The notes under the pieces are model-generated. The model did not search any database. It was given only the letters and a program-made list of their open reading frames with translations, and was not told the origin of the DNA. A stretch of 64,000 bases of DNA, taken from the NCBI GenBank assembly GCA_965178125.1, contig OZ237748.1, positions 496,001 to 560,000 on the forward strand, read 5' to 3'. A program made the position numbers and the translations under genes. The stretch is from Bilabrum cf. latius. Lineage: Eukaryota. Within the stretch, counting starts at the first letter, position 1, and the number at the start of each line of letters is the position of its first letter. Shown in pieces: positions 13,301 through 26,551 of this stretch.

Positions 13301-13446
13301 TAGTGGCGGTGGTCATCGTCATTGCCGTCATGGTGGGAGCAGCCGCCTACTTCTTCATATGCAGGAATACCAAGGCAGGGATTGCCAAGAAGGACGACAA
13401 GGCGATCGATGTGAAGGTAGAGCTTAAGGCGGCAGAGGCCGTGTGA
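10363..13446 (+). CDS. Type I membrane protein: signal peptide, six FG-GAP/integrin-alpha-like repeats, Ser/Thr/Pro mucin-like stalk, Cys-rich domain, TM helix and short tail. Model join(10363..10394,10548..13446), TAG 13057-13059 read as sense
   Basis: Repeats FGSSVASLGDLDGDGxxDLAVGA. Splicing CT|GTGAGC...TCGCAG|C gives the signal-like MHRTLGAKASLILAAVMAAAPTVFA. The frame continues through TAG into ORF 13096..13446 with TM segment MVIIIVVAVVIVIAVMVGAAAYFFI; ends TGA. Confidence 0.88.
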
Positions 13447-13970
13447 AGGGGCGGATGAAGCCGTCACGTATGCTTGTGCTGGGGCTGTAGTGGAGGAAGT
13501 AACACGAATCGTGTTACACGATTTACAATTCACCTGCATTGAATGGGCACCCGTATAGAGAGCCAACAGCGCATTGCATTCCAAATCCGGCCACTGTACA
13601 CTTCATTCCCACGGACCCACTGAGCTTCACCAAGCAAGCAGGGGGAGAGTCCAAACACGCCGCCCGTTTGAAATGCAGGAACAGATGCGACGCAGCGAGG
13701 TGGAGGAGGGAGCGGTCGGAGGGCAAGGCCCGTGAGTTAAAAGCTGGAGCGGAGGGGTACAGGCACACCAAGTGGGTGGGGGGGTAGTGGAGGAAAAAAT
13801 GGTTGGCGAAGTCATCTGATTTTTCGCAGGCATGGGGCGACGTGCGGCCGCCCGAGGTGATTAGATCTGAAGGTGATGGTGACGATTGAGTAGGGATCCG
13901 ATCATCACATTATTTTCTGTTTCATTCATTCTCTTCGAAGGCATCCGGTTGGCTGTGGTATTTGGCAAAT

Positions 13971-16416
13971 ATGTGAGTAAAATTATCGCAAGCTATGCAG
14001 GACACGACTGTCATTATTGTTTGGGTATCATACCAACGTACAGCCGTACAGTTTGATCCCTTGAGATGCGATACAATTCTTCGGTCGTTTACACCTGCGG
14101 AAACTCAACCCATGTGGTCTGTGAATTTGTAAGTTGTATCATGATATACTTTGAATGGATCAGGGGGGACGCTTTGATCAACGCGGCCAGGTATGGCAAG
14201 GTGGACGCCCTGAGGGCCTGCCTGGATTCGGGGACGGACATCGAATCCAAAGATAGCGTGAGATCAAGCAGTACTGGGCGGGCAAACAAAATAATGAATT
14301 TTAGTTTTTCGCGTATCACTGACAGTGCTAGTATTCAGTTTTCATGGAGCATGCCACCGCGAGGATAAGTCATCCTTGGACTAGGCCTTCGACGGTCTGC
14401 AAATAGATCTAGCGCTTTCTTGCACAGTAGCACATGTTCAACATGTTAGGCGCAGGATGGCGTAACTGCTGTCATTGGTGCTGCGGTGAATAACAATCTT
14501 GGCTGCCTGAAGCTGCTCATTGAAGGTGGAGCCAATTTGAACGCCGCCAACGATGTAAGAGAGGCTCCCACAGCCGGCCAAGTGGTGACTGTGAATCTAC
14601 AGTTTTATTCCACACGACTGCTCATAATGATTCATGGCAAATGTATGTGTGATGCTCGCTTTGATTGGGATCTTGTTGGGATCGGGTGATACAACGCCCG
14701 CCATCGATCACTGCCCCCACACATGAAATTTGTTGTTTTCAGAACAAAAACCACAGAAAGGTATGACAGCAGCACATTGGGCTGCACAAAGAAAACATGT
14801 GGAATGCCTGCAGCTGCTTGTCGAGAGGGGTGCCCACGTGAATGTCTAGACCGAAGTGAGACATTTGTCCGTGCAGGTAGGTGGTATGCCATCCAGAAAT
14901 TCTGTGTATCATGCTCTTTGACAACTGCCTGGCGTTTCTCGTGATGGTAACAATTATTAATCACGATTATCTGTGGGACGTATTGTGAGTATTCGCTTGA
15001 TCAGTTTCGTCGCATATAATTTGTACTCACAGCTAGAGCCAGGCCTTTCTGCAAATTCTCCCCGCTAGCTGTAGAGTATGCAGAGGCGTGAATTTTGGAT
15101 CATGGGTGCAACGTAGTCTCTGGTAGTGGGTGTAACATCACAGGTATTATGTCTATTAGCAACACAACGGGGTTTTTGTACTACCAATGCTCTATCACCG
15201 GAGATTGTTTTGTATTTGTGGTGTTAACGGTCCTTGCTACGATTCTTGATGTTCACGGATATTGTGTATTGCCACGCGTATTGTGCACGCGTGTGTCACG
15301 CGTATTGTGCACGCATGTGTCTAGTAGCCGACCGTTTGATAGCGTAAGGTGGTTATCCAGCCTGCAACTGTGCCCTTTCGTACCGATTAACCTGCAGTAC
15401 GGAAACACCCCCCTCCACGTGGCAGCGGACTACGGCCGCACCGCCTGTGCCACGATCCTTATGGAGGCAGGGGCCAGCAGGGACATCAGGAACAAAGTGA
15501 GCTTTTGGAGTTGCATCGCAACAACCATTGCCCCCAACCTATAAACCATGCTGACCTATAATTATCGGTACCCTCCATGACCTCATCGATCGAGCAGATA
15601 GGGAAGACTCCAGCCGAATGGGCAAAGTCCAATGGCAAGAGGTGGGCAGCTGCCGCCATCCGGACGTTTATTCGATCACGAGTCCGTAGAGCCATGTGCT
15701 GGAGGAGGGCAGTGGAGGTCAAGCGAGATGCTGCAATGGTGTTTAAAGCAGCGAGCGAAGGCAGGCCAATGGAACTGGCCAGGAGGCTGAGGTTGGGCAA
15801 GCTGGCAGCTTGTATGAGCTTTAAAGTGGCGATGCCCTCCGCACCTTGTCCGATAATGCTCCCAATCGAAGTAGCAACGGTGAATGGGCACGATGAGTGC
15901 GTGCAGGTCCTTTCGCAGCACGGGTCTCCGCCCCTGAGTGCTGCATTCAAGCGGTTCTGGTTTGGAAGGCTGGTCTTCAAGTATGCGACACAAGGTCGCT
16001 ACGAGGACCTCAATCAAGTCTTGTTTACCCTAGATGTGCCGACTGGTGTTCTGACGAATCGGAGGAAGCTCCACACGTGCTAGTACGTCCTGCCGATCGA
16101 AGGAGCTGCTCTCATGGGTTATGATGAGTGCGTGGAGGCACTTCAGCTTGCTGGCTCGCCTCAGCTCGGACCAGACTACAACCAGCTCCTAGAGCAGTTT
16201 GAGAGGCGGTCAAGAAGCCGGTCTTTTGATCCGAGGCAGGGCAGAAAGGAACCGGGGGAAAAATCTGCGAGCGGGGCAGAACCTGAAGCGCAGTCGTCTA
16301 TGGCATCGGCGGCGCAGGACCCGCTGCCCGACGGGTGGGAGGAGGGGTCCATGGGGGGCCGTGTGGTTTACATGCATCCCGCATCGGGGAGGATGCAGTT
16401 CGATCGACCCACGTGA
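13971..16416 (+). CDS. Ankyrin-repeat protein A1 with duplicated C-terminal module and C-terminal WW domain (multi-exon)
   Basis: AT 13971-2 | exons ~14164-14257, ~14457-14553, ~14757-14855, ~15398-15496, ~15598-16416. Ankyrin motifs (GNTPLHVAADYG). In-frame TAG at 14847 and 16081. WW-like DPLPDGWEEGSMGGRVVYMHPASGRMQFDRPT; ends TGA. Confidence 0.82.
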
Positions 16417-16427
16417 GGGCATGGATC

Positions 16428-16485
16428 CCGTTAGTTGTGTGCCGTAGGTACGGAGGCAGGTTACGAATTGATTTAGATCGGAGAG
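16428..16485. mobile_element. Dispersed ~35-60 bp hairpin-containing repeat, probable terminus of an unidentified mobile element
   Basis: CCGTYAGTTGTGTGCCGTAGGTACGGAGGCA also occurs at 57384 (same strand, ~58 bp match) and as a reverse complement at 22431-22463. Confidence 0.5.
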
Positions 16486-16688
16486 TCCCTAGGTCAATTC
16501 CCGCTTGAGGGACAAAATCACCAAATTCACAACCCATCCAAACATGCACCAATCTTCCTATCAGGCCAATCCATCACGACAGGGACCGGTCCCGGCCTCT
16601 GCAACCGCGTATGGACTGATATGATATCCAGGGATAGCCGAGGGGCCCTCTGGGGGGACGGGCGGCGGCCGGCTCGCTAGCAGTAGAT

Positions 16689-17290
16689 GTCCTGAAAGGC
16701 TAATACTCCCCTCCACAGGGCAGCGTTCTGGAGCTGCACCGCCTGCGTCTCGATCCCCATGGAGGCAGGGGCCCGCAGGGACATCAAGAACGACGTAAGT
16801 TTGCACAGCTGTATCATAACAGCACTTAAATCACATATGTACATCATGCTGCCCAATGAATCAAAGAATATTCCCACCCACGAATCCACCCTCCGTGCAT
16901 CCCCGACACCTTGAACCGTCCTATCTTCCTTTCACTTCCTGGATCGAGCAGGCTGGCAAGACTCCAGCGGAGCTTGCAGACACTAGGGGCAACACCAAAA
17001 CCGCCGCTGCCATTCGATCGTTCATTCCATCACGAGTCCGAAGCGCCTTGTGCTGGAGGCAGGCAGTGGAGGCCAAGAGAGGTGCTCAGATGGTCTTCCC
17101 GGCAGCGAGTGAGGGGCGGCCCATGGAGCTGGCCAGGAGGCTGAGGTTGCCCAAGCTGGCAGGTGGGTTGGAGATGGAGGGAAAAGCGATGATTCATGAT
17201 GGGGCTTCTAGGCTGGTGCTTGCACTGGAGGCAGCGATGCTGGGTGGGCAAGATGATTGCGTGAAGCTGCTGCAGCACGCCATAGGGTAA
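16689..17290 (+). pseudogene. 5'-truncated ankyrin paralogue A2 (last two exons only), or alternative 3' exons of A1
   Basis: Exon NTPLHRAAFW...AGARRDIKND|GTAAGT, then terminal exon ~16952-17290 with the RLRLPKL module ending TAA. No upstream exons between it and the A1 stop. Confidence 0.6.
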
Positions 17291-17655
17291 TTGGTGTGAT
17301 GAGTGCATCAAGGGAGAACACCAGCTAGTGCCGTGATAGTATCTGTGATGCGGGGGGGTTGGGAGCCCTCTGCCTGCGGTGGAAGAGGCTCTGCCAGGTA
17401 GGGAGGTACTGCAGCAGGAGGGGCGGACGGGTCTCACGCTTGCTCCGGTTCTACCTGTGACCACATTTAATCGGAAATATTCAATCACAAGACAAGAAAT
17501 ATGCATGCCCCCGGTCCCGTGGACCCACTGGGCTTCGCCCTGAACGACTGGTTCTTCACCAGCCCGCCAATATTCGAAAGTCTGTAATACGTAAATGTAA
17601 GGTGCTTTCTAATATCGGGTCGGCCGTCGAGTTTGCTGTTATACTGTATTGTAAT

Positions 17656-20600
17656 ATGTAAGTTAGAGACACATTATTGATGTCATAACGAAACTGTCGG
17701 TGCATCTCGAGTCCGATTCCTATTGATAGTAGGCTACGTAGGTTGCTGCTGCATCCTGCCAATCGTTGGTTGCTCGTCCATCGGTGGATCCTATCAGCAT
17801 GAGTGTAACTTAAGCGATCCAATCTTCACTGATATGGTTTCAAGAAGCTCACAGGGGAGACGCAATGCGAAGAGCTGCCAAGAATGGCAAGTTGGACGAC
17901 CTGAGGGCCTGCCTGGATTCGGGAACGGACATAGAATCGAAAGATATTGTGAGATCGAGTAGGACTGAAGGGATTTGCTGAGTTTCAATATTTTATGTTA
18001 AGTGGAATCGCTCGATGTATCCATGCGGGAGTTGTCATGGAGCAAACATGCAACCGGCCGTTGATCCATCGCGCGGGGGTGCTCAGTGAATCTCCCCGCT
18101 GAACTTGCTGTGTTGGCATGTGCCGACCATTGACACACATTTTCTGGTAGGTTGTTAAATATTTAGTCTCAGGAAGCATTCGCCTCTTGCCTATACTCCG
18201 TGGCACGGAGACCTGGCTGTCACCCCACCCGCCTGACCGGATGCATGCCATATCTTTCCGACGGCTGGGCAGAGGCGGCTACTAGTGAAAGGCCCCGTCT
18301 GCAATGCTGACTGATCAGATAGCTTGGTTAAAGAATCGTGGTAGCTTTGCATGCAGTCCCTTATGATCCCCTCAGCCGTCGGCCTATCGATCTCTTCATC
18401 AGCTTCCTCAGATCCCGATGGCTGCTGCCACTCACGGATAGCTGCACATGATTCGACAAATACATCCTCACACCGCAGGATGGTAGAACAGCAGCATATT
18501 GTGCAGCCTATGAAGGCAAAGCGGACTGTCTGAAGCTGCTCATTGAAAGGGGCGCCAACGTGGAGGTTGTAGATACTTCTATGTTTACTGTGAGAAAGAC
18601 AGGCTGCCTGCCCAACAGGGCGAATATGGTTTCCCAACAGATTTGCCGATATGCTGCGGCTGTAGCACGGTTGTTCAAGCCCCTGTATATGTATTACAGT
18701 TACACGATTAGTTTCTGATTCGGTCATCGTTTGGCGCCACGGCTGCCTCGTTCAACGGGTGGATCTCCGGCAGCTCTTTGCGGAAGCTGGTGCGCAGTGA
18801 CATTACGTTGTATCATTGTGTGTTTTGATCGTGTAAATGATTCTCTTTTGACTGGCGGCGGCCCCTTAGGAATGGGTAGGTCTACACATCATGACGATTG
18901 CTTCATCAGCATGCTATTTGGCGGCTCCAAGGTTGTATCCGGGATATTCCATTTGGCTGCAGTCTTCACCATACTGTTTGTGTCCGTTTAATTGGCTGCC
19001 ATGGCATCCCACTCGCTCCTCGTCGGTCGATCGAGCTGGGCCCCCGAGCAAGTACCCCCCGGTGACTGGCTAGGTCTCAATAGGAGGCGCAATTGTTATT
19101 GATGTCTTGTGAATGCGATCGATTGCATGTTGGTCTGATTTGACCATGCCAGTCTTCAAGTCTTTAGTCGAGGTTGTTCTGTAATTGATCAGCCCGCCCG
19201 GCTGGCCCACTAACGGTGCCAGCCCCCGCCCTTCCCCCTCCCTAACACTCCCAGCACCCGCCCCAGGCACACATCCACACGCACACCCTCTCCAATCATC
19301 ATCCACCCTGCTTCCTGCAACCCTTGTCTTTTATGCCCCCCATCACAGCTTGGCTACACACCTGTTCATGCGGCATCTGCGAATGGGCACAAATACTGCC
19401 TGGCTATGCTTATTGAAAATGGTGGTAACGTAAACGCGGTGGATGAGGTGAGAGAGCTTGATATCGAGGGTAGTAGTGGTCCTCTGTGTGTACTGTGTGC
19501 GCAGAATTTGTGTATCTGTCAGCTGGACACCGAATTGGCCGATCCCGGGTCCAATTGGGACTGTCTTGTCTGGAACAAGTAATGGTGGTTTTGAATGGAT
19601 TCATGGCAATAGATGTACAATTTGTTTGCTATTACTCTAATTGGATTGGTTTGGTACCGCTCACTAGCTCCACAGCTAGTGACGCGACCGCCGACCGTCA
19701 CCCCAGGGACACCTCGCCTATCTCAACCCCTAGGCACATGCAGAGGCCGGGCCCGGGTCCCTCTCGGTATGAAATCCCGCGATAGAACGATTATTGGATG
19801 TTTGGATGGGTTTCAATGTGTGTTATGTCGTACCTCCAGCGGTGGGATGCGCACGTCCCTGTGTGCGCTCCAAAGGCGCATATTCACTCCCACTGGTGCG
19901 CCCCCCGCCACCACCCACACCCAAATACTTGTTACAGGCACACGCACTCACATACATCCTCCGCTGGTTTCCCACCGCCGCAACGCAGGATGGCTGCACA
20001 CCCGTGCATGTGGCAACCGAAAACGGGTACCAGGACTGTCTGGCTATCCTAATTAAAAATGGTGGAGACTTGAATGCAATGAATGAGGTGAGGGAGAGAC
20101 ATTGAGGGATATATTGACCATACGTGTTGATTTGCTTGGTGGAAGCCTGCGTTTATCTGTTCGGCTTTGGACTGGCTGTGCCCTTGGCCGAGCACATCGT
20201 TGGCAGATATGTTGTAGATCTGTTGCATGGAATACACTTCAGTGGCAGCGTTGCAGCTCTCGAATTCATATTGATCGATGAACTGAGATGATCATGCTGC
20301 ATCACGCCCGGTCTGTACCATCCGATTCATCCGTAGGATGGAAACACTCCCCTTCACTTGGCAGCGGACTACGGCCGCACCGCCTGCGCCACTGTCCTCA
20401 TGAAGGCAGGGGCCCGCAGGGACATCAAGAATAGCGTAAGCGTCTGTATCTGCATGGCAGGAGGTCGTGATTCTTATTTTTCCATCATGCCGCCAAATGA
20501 ATTGACAAACCTTCGCATCAGCAATCAACCAAATACCTCTGATCCACCCCCCATGCATCCCCCCACACTACGCACCCTCTCTTTTGCCCATCTCCCTCGC

Positions 20601-20955
20601 TTCCTTGATTAAGTAGGTTAACTAGACTCCCGCCAAGATGGCAGAATGGTATAGACAACATGAGACCGCTGCCACCATCCGATCATTTATTACCTCTAGA
20701 GTGCGAAGAGCCATGTGCTGGAGGAGGGCAGTGGAGGCCAAGAGGGACGCTGGGATGGTGTTCCAGGCAGCAAGTGAGGGCAGGCCCATGGAGCTGGCAA
20801 AGAGGCTGAGGTTGGGCAAGCTAGCTGGTGGGTTGGAGATGAAGGGAAAAGCGGTGATTGATGATGGGACTTCTAGGCTGGTGCTTGCACTGGAGGCAGC
20901 CAGGCTGGGTGGGCACGACGATTGCGTGAAGCTGCTGCAGGAGGCCTAGGGCTGA
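17656..20955 (+). CDS. Ankyrin-repeat protein A3 (multi-exon)
   Basis: AT 17656-7|GTAAGT; exons start ~17855, 18479, 19349, 19989, 20337, 20617, each about one ankyrin repeat. TAG at 20623 and 20947, TGA 20953-5. Confidence 0.82.
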
Positions 20956-21678
20956 GGTCTAGTATGGAGCTTCCGCTGAAGGCAGCCCCGCACCATTGGC
21001 AAGGCAGGCACAGTCGCTGTTCCTGAAGAGCAGATAATGTGCCAACCCAGATCCATTTGCTTTGTCTCAGGTGAGAGAAGGAGAGAAGGTTGGACACAGG
21101 GTCCCAATGTGGTTCTTCGCGCATAGGGGGTCATCTCGTTGGCATACACTGGCGGGCGGCTACTGTTATACATACTTGGACATCAGGCTGGAAGCAGAGA
21201 TGAGTCGGAAGACGAGGTGGATACAGGCGGAGAGGAGGTGGAGAGGAACAATAGGGGGACGCCGGCAAAGGCGACGATAGTGCGGTGCCAATAGGGAGAA
21301 CGCAAGGAAGGGGAATCCAGGTGCCAGGCACAGAGGAGATGCGAGTGGCAGTTGGCAGCATTGCCAGCAAGCGCGCAGAGGGCCAATAGGCGGGTGGACA
21401 GAAGGGCCGCAACCTACTGCTGACCCTGGCGAAGCACCTCCTCAAGAGATCGAGCGCAGAGAGGATCCAGACGATCTAGCTGCACCACGACCCCACCATG
21501 GCGGGGCATAGGTGTTGGTGGATCATCATGCGTGAGCTCGGGAGCCTTGATGAGTGCCACAGAGATGAAGCCTTGGACGAGGGGCCGGCGCGAGATCTTC
21601 AAGGTGATGATGATGAGTGAATATAATGATACGACGTTTTCACTGTAAAGGCATTGGGTTGGCTGTGATATTTGATTT

Positions 21679-23889
21679 ATGTGAGATGATATACTTTGTG
21701 TGGGCATCATGATGCCCACTTCGTGTCTATCGATACCGTACCAACGGTAAATGTTGGACTTGGAATCGACGCTCGGTGGATCTCTCAGTCGATTCTATCC
21801 GCATGCGTATCTGGATGCCTAAGGCTTTAAATGAAAAACTCATGTTTATTTTCAACTACATAGGGGAGACGCACTTCTAGCGGCAGCAAAGGATGGTAAA
21901 GTAGATGACATGAGGGCATGCCTGGATGCGGGAACGGACATCGAATCCAAAGATACCGTGAGATTGAGTGTCATTGAATCGTTTTAAATACGACAGAATA
22001 TGTATTATATCGCTTCCCAAGACAAGGTACGACCTGTCGTAGAGCAAGCCACCTACTTGCTGTCAATCCGCCGATGGACTGTGCCGAGTGAATCTCTCCA
22101 CTGGGCGTGCTTTGTAGGCACCTGCTGACCAAAACCGGTAATTATTAGCATTTTATTCAAAGTCAACATGACAAATGGAAGTAGGTGCCTCCTAGACTGC
22201 AAACCGTGGCACCGACAGCTGCCAGTCGTCCCAAATGCCCTTCCCGGATAGGCCTACACAACGTGTTTCCGACAGCGAGTTAGACGGGGCGACTCACAGA
22301 AACTGCCGTCATGCTGGTTAATATTGCAATCAGTGTTGAGTCATGCAGTGCATTTGCCACCAGCTCCCTCACTGCGCCTCACCGAGTAGGCCTGTACATG
22401 CCCTCATTAGCTACCTCCTGTTCCCCTTGGCGTGCCTCCGTACCTACGGCACACAACTGACGGCTGTTCCGATGTAGGCACATATCCACGGCTGCTTGTA
22501 CATGCTTCGAACTTGCACTATAATACCGCAGGCAGACCGGACAGCAACATGGTGGGCCGCATGCAACGGCAAGACGGACTGCCTAGAGCTGCTCATCGAG
22601 AGGGGCGCCAACATGAACGCTGCCAATGAGGTGAGAGAGAGAGGCTGGTTGCATCCCCCCCCGCCCGGCTGGCCCACCTGGCTCCTCCTCGTGCTAGGTG
22701 GGGCAGGTGGAGCGGTGGCTCGAGGGATGCGGACGCACTGGGCTACGTACCCAGATTAGCGGCAAAGGTACTCAATGATATATCCATGCACTGATTTAGC
22801 TTTGCTTGTTGGAGGCTAGTATATTAGATCGGTGACAGCTCCCCAACGGGGGGACACCCCGGGCATGTTTAACGAGCATGTGTACGCCATTGGCTCCCGA
22901 GGCCCCTGACAGCCGCCGCATGCACAAGCACATACACGCAAATCTTGAGCTCCCACGCCCTGTCTTCCATTCCCCCCACCGCAGGAAGGCTACACACCCG
23001 CCCATGTGGCAGCTGGGTAGGGCCATAAAGAGTGCCTGGCTGTGCTTGCTAGAGGGGACGTGAATGCAGTGGATGATGTGAGAGTTTTGCAGAGAAAAGC
23101 TGGTGGCGAGCGTTTGTGTGCGTTGGATAGGTTTGTATGACTTAAAGGCTGCGGATGAGCTCCCAACGCTAGTGGCAAATTTGCTGCATGTGTCCAAGCT
23201 CGCAAGGACCGCCCAACCAATTGTTTGAAACCATGATGCTGCCTTATGCCATACCCACAATATCCGATTCATTCACAGGATGGAGACACTCCCCTCCACT
23301 GGGCAGCATCCAATGGGCATACCGCCTGCGCCAGCATCCTCATGGAGGCAGGGGCCCGCAGGGACATCAAGAACGATGTAAGCTTGCACAGCTGTTTCAT
23401 AACAGCACTTGAATCACATATATCCATCATGTTGCCCAATAATGACAGAGGCCTTCCCGCCAGCAATCGAACGATGACCGCCAATCCACCCCCGATGCCT
23501 TCCCCCAAACGCCCCCTTCTCTGCCCCTCTCCCTCGCTTCCTCAATCGAGCAGGATGGCTAGAGCCCTGCGGAAAGGGCAGAATTTGAGGACAAACACGA
23601 GACAGCTGCCGCCATCGGGTCATTCATTCCATCTCGAGTCCGAAGAGGCATGGTCTGGAGAAGGGCAGTTGAAGCCAAAAGGGATGCATCGATGGTGTTC
23701 CAGGCAGCTGTTGAGGGCAGGCCGATGGAGCTGGCCAGGAGGCTGAAGCTGGGCAAGCTGGCTGGTGGGTTGGAGATCAAGGGAAATGCGACGATTGAAG
23801 ATGGTGGTTCTAGGCTAGTTCTTCCACTGGAGGCAGCCAGGCTGGGTGGGCACGATGATTGCGTGAAGATGCTAGAGGAGGCCATCTGA
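21679..23889 (+). CDS. Ankyrin-repeat protein A4 (multi-exon)
   Basis: AT 21679-80|GTGAGA; exons start ~21864, 22532, 22985, 23279, 23554. TAG at 23018 (HVAAG*GH) and 23560 (DG*SPAE); ends TGA. Confidence 0.82.
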
Positions 23890-24143
23890 TAGACGATAGA
23901 TCTAGTGCGGGACAACAACGCATGACGGATCAATCCCAAAAGGATTGAGCTACGCAGGCTACGTAGCTGCTCGCTGAGGCTGAGGTGCGCAGTTCGAGGC
24001 GACGCGGAAGAGTTTTGGACACTGGATTTTCTCGCATTCAAATTCAATTTGACCCGAGCACGGTGCGGCTGCCGAAAGAAGAGAAGGGTTCATTTTTAGA
24101 GAACAGAAAGATCCGGATGCATGCGGAAGACACCCCGTTCCAA

Positions 24144-26397
24144 TCACATGACCTCGTAAGCTGGCCCGCCCCCTCCCGCCTCGGGCACAGTCCACTTGAT
24201 GTACTGCCCCGGGGTCTTGATGCTGCAGCACTTGCAGTGCACGCAGTTCTGCGCGTTGATGACGAGCTTCCCATCCTCCTCGGGGTACTCGTACACCCTG
24301 GCGGGGCAGAACCGTGACTCGGGCCCCTTGAATTTGGCCCAGGACAGCTGCTCGGGGTCGTCCTCCTGGCCCGGCTTGATCCTCAGGTGGGAGGGCTGGT
24401 CGTGCTCGTGGTTCGTCCCGCTTCGCTGGAGGTTCGACAGGAGGTCGAAGCTCAGCTTGCCGTCGGGCTTGGGGTACTCGATCTTCTCGCACTCGTCAGC
24501 GGGCTTGGTCTTCTGCGAGTCGGGCTTGTCGTTGTGGAAAGTCCACGGCTCGTTGCCCTTGAGCACAAACGCGCTCAGGCCCGAGTACGCCAATCCTGGA
24601 AGCAGTCCTTGCTTGAAAGAAGGGTGGTAGTTCCTGACTGCCTTGAGCTCGTCCACCACCCAGGAGGAGTCCACTGTTCCCTGATACTCGGTCACTTCCC
24701 GCCCCGCCTTGCTCGCGTCCTCACCCGCATCCAAGATGGCGGCAGCGGCCGACTCGCCCGCATACAGCCCAGTCTGCATGGCCATGTGGGACCCCTTGAT
24801 CTTGGGTACGTTGAGGAATCCAGCGGAGCACCCAGCCAGCATGGCGCCGGGCATGGTCAGCTTGGGGAGGGACTGGTACCCTCCTTCATTCAGACACCTG
24901 GCCCCGTACTGGATGCACTCTCCGCCGTCAAGGAACTTGGCGATCTCAGGGTGGTGCTTCCACCTTTGGAACTCCTGGTAGGGAGACATCCAGGGGTTGG
25001 GATAGTCCAGCCCGATCACGAATCCGATGAGAACGAGGTCAGGTTCCATGCAGTAGAGGAATGAGCCGCCGTACGTGTCCTGGGGAAGCGGCCATCCAAG
25101 CGTGTGCTGCACGTGCCCCGGCTTGAAGAAAGGGTGGTTCTCCGGATCCTTGACCCTCCACACCTCCTTGAGTCCCAGCCCGTAGGTCTGAGGATCCACG
25201 CCCTCCCTGAGGTTGAAGACCTCCATCGCCTCCTCGGAGCAGTTGCCTCTGCATCCCTCCGCTAGGACCGTCTGCTTGGCCCTGACCTCTGCGCCCAGGT
25301 AGAACGAGTCCTTGGGCTTGCCCTCTTTGTCCACCCCCATGTCACTCGTCACGACCCCCTTCACCCCCCCGTCCTCGACGATCAGGTTGGCAGCGGGATA
25401 GGCCGGGATGATCTCCACCTCCATCTCCTCCGCCTTCTCTCCCATCCACTTGCACAGCTGGCCCAGGCTGATGATGTAGTTGCCCTCGTTGTGCAGCATG
25501 GGCGGGACGGGCAGGGGCACGGAGCTCGAGTCGTTCAGCAGGAACTTGAACTCGTCCTCCTTCACCGGTGTCTTGATGGGGCAGGACTCGTCCTCCCTCC
25601 AACCAGGCAGCAGGTCGTCAAGGGCTCTGGGCTCGAACACGTTCCCGGAGAGGATGTGGGCGCCCACCTCTGCACAGGGAAGGAGGGGTAGGGGAACATG
25701 AAGTGCGATCGATTGGTGATAGGTAGGCTACTGGGGTGGGTGGGCACGTGCGCAGCTGTGGCTGGGCGGGCTCTGAAGCTGCCTCGGCAGCAGCAGTGCA
25801 GCGCAAAGTCTCTAGCGCAAACAGCCGGCATTCACACGTTGCAACAGGCGGTAGAAAAATGTCTAACATGCAAAACGAAGCATGCAGCTTGAACAGCACC
25901 CGACGCCAACCGATTGGGCTCAGAGGCATCGCATGCATGCGTGTCGCACTGCCACTCGAACCATAGGGCTAATCTTGGGAGAAAACCCAGAGTCTTTAGC
26001 ATGAACCAAATCTATTAATAACAAAAACGCCATGACCAGACCGATATCCAGGTCAGACTCGAAGAATGTGCCAAAGATAGCCGGATCACTCACCGTGGCC
26101 CTTTTCCAGAACGCAAACGCTGAGTTCCTTCTCCTATTTAGCAGCAACCTGCTTGGCACGAATGGCAGCAGCAAGACCAGCTGGGCCAGCACCAACGACG
26201 ACCATGTCGTATTCCATGACGTCCCGCTCGCCGTTCATGGGGTCTTCGTCTCGCGACGGAGCTGTTGAAGCGATCGACCGCGCTGAGATTGAAGGCCCCC
26301 ACTTGCGCTGGGGAAGTCGAAGCGCCCCGACCGATCTGCAAGCATTCTAAAAACGCAAAGGATTCGATCCGACTCGTCTGGCAATTCTAGCTAGCAT
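24144..26397 (-). CDS. ETFDH: Electron transfer flavoprotein-ubiquinone oxidoreductase, mitochondrial; complement(join(24144..25669,26094..26397))
   Basis: FAD motif YDMVVVGAGPAGLAAAIR. Splicing rebuilds EKGHEVGAHILSG. 4Fe-4S motif FCPARVYE...NCVHCKCC. Arg-rich presequence. In-frame TAG at 26347-9 and 26134-6; ends TGA. Confidence 0.96.
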
Positions 26398-26551
26398 GAT
26401 TCGCGCCCCAAGATGAGCGATCGGCAAGTGCGGCCAAAAGAAATAGCGAGGTTCCGCTGCGCGGCGGTGTTAAGTAGCGAGTACCTTTAACAATACTTTC
26501 GCGCTCCAGATGCTGGGTGTTTCACCGGATTTTCCCCGTTTTTTTCACGCA
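26398..26551. promoter_or_regulatory. Probable bidirectional promoter between ETFDH and SEC61B
   Basis: Only 154 bp between the two inferred divergent start codons. Confidence 0.55.
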
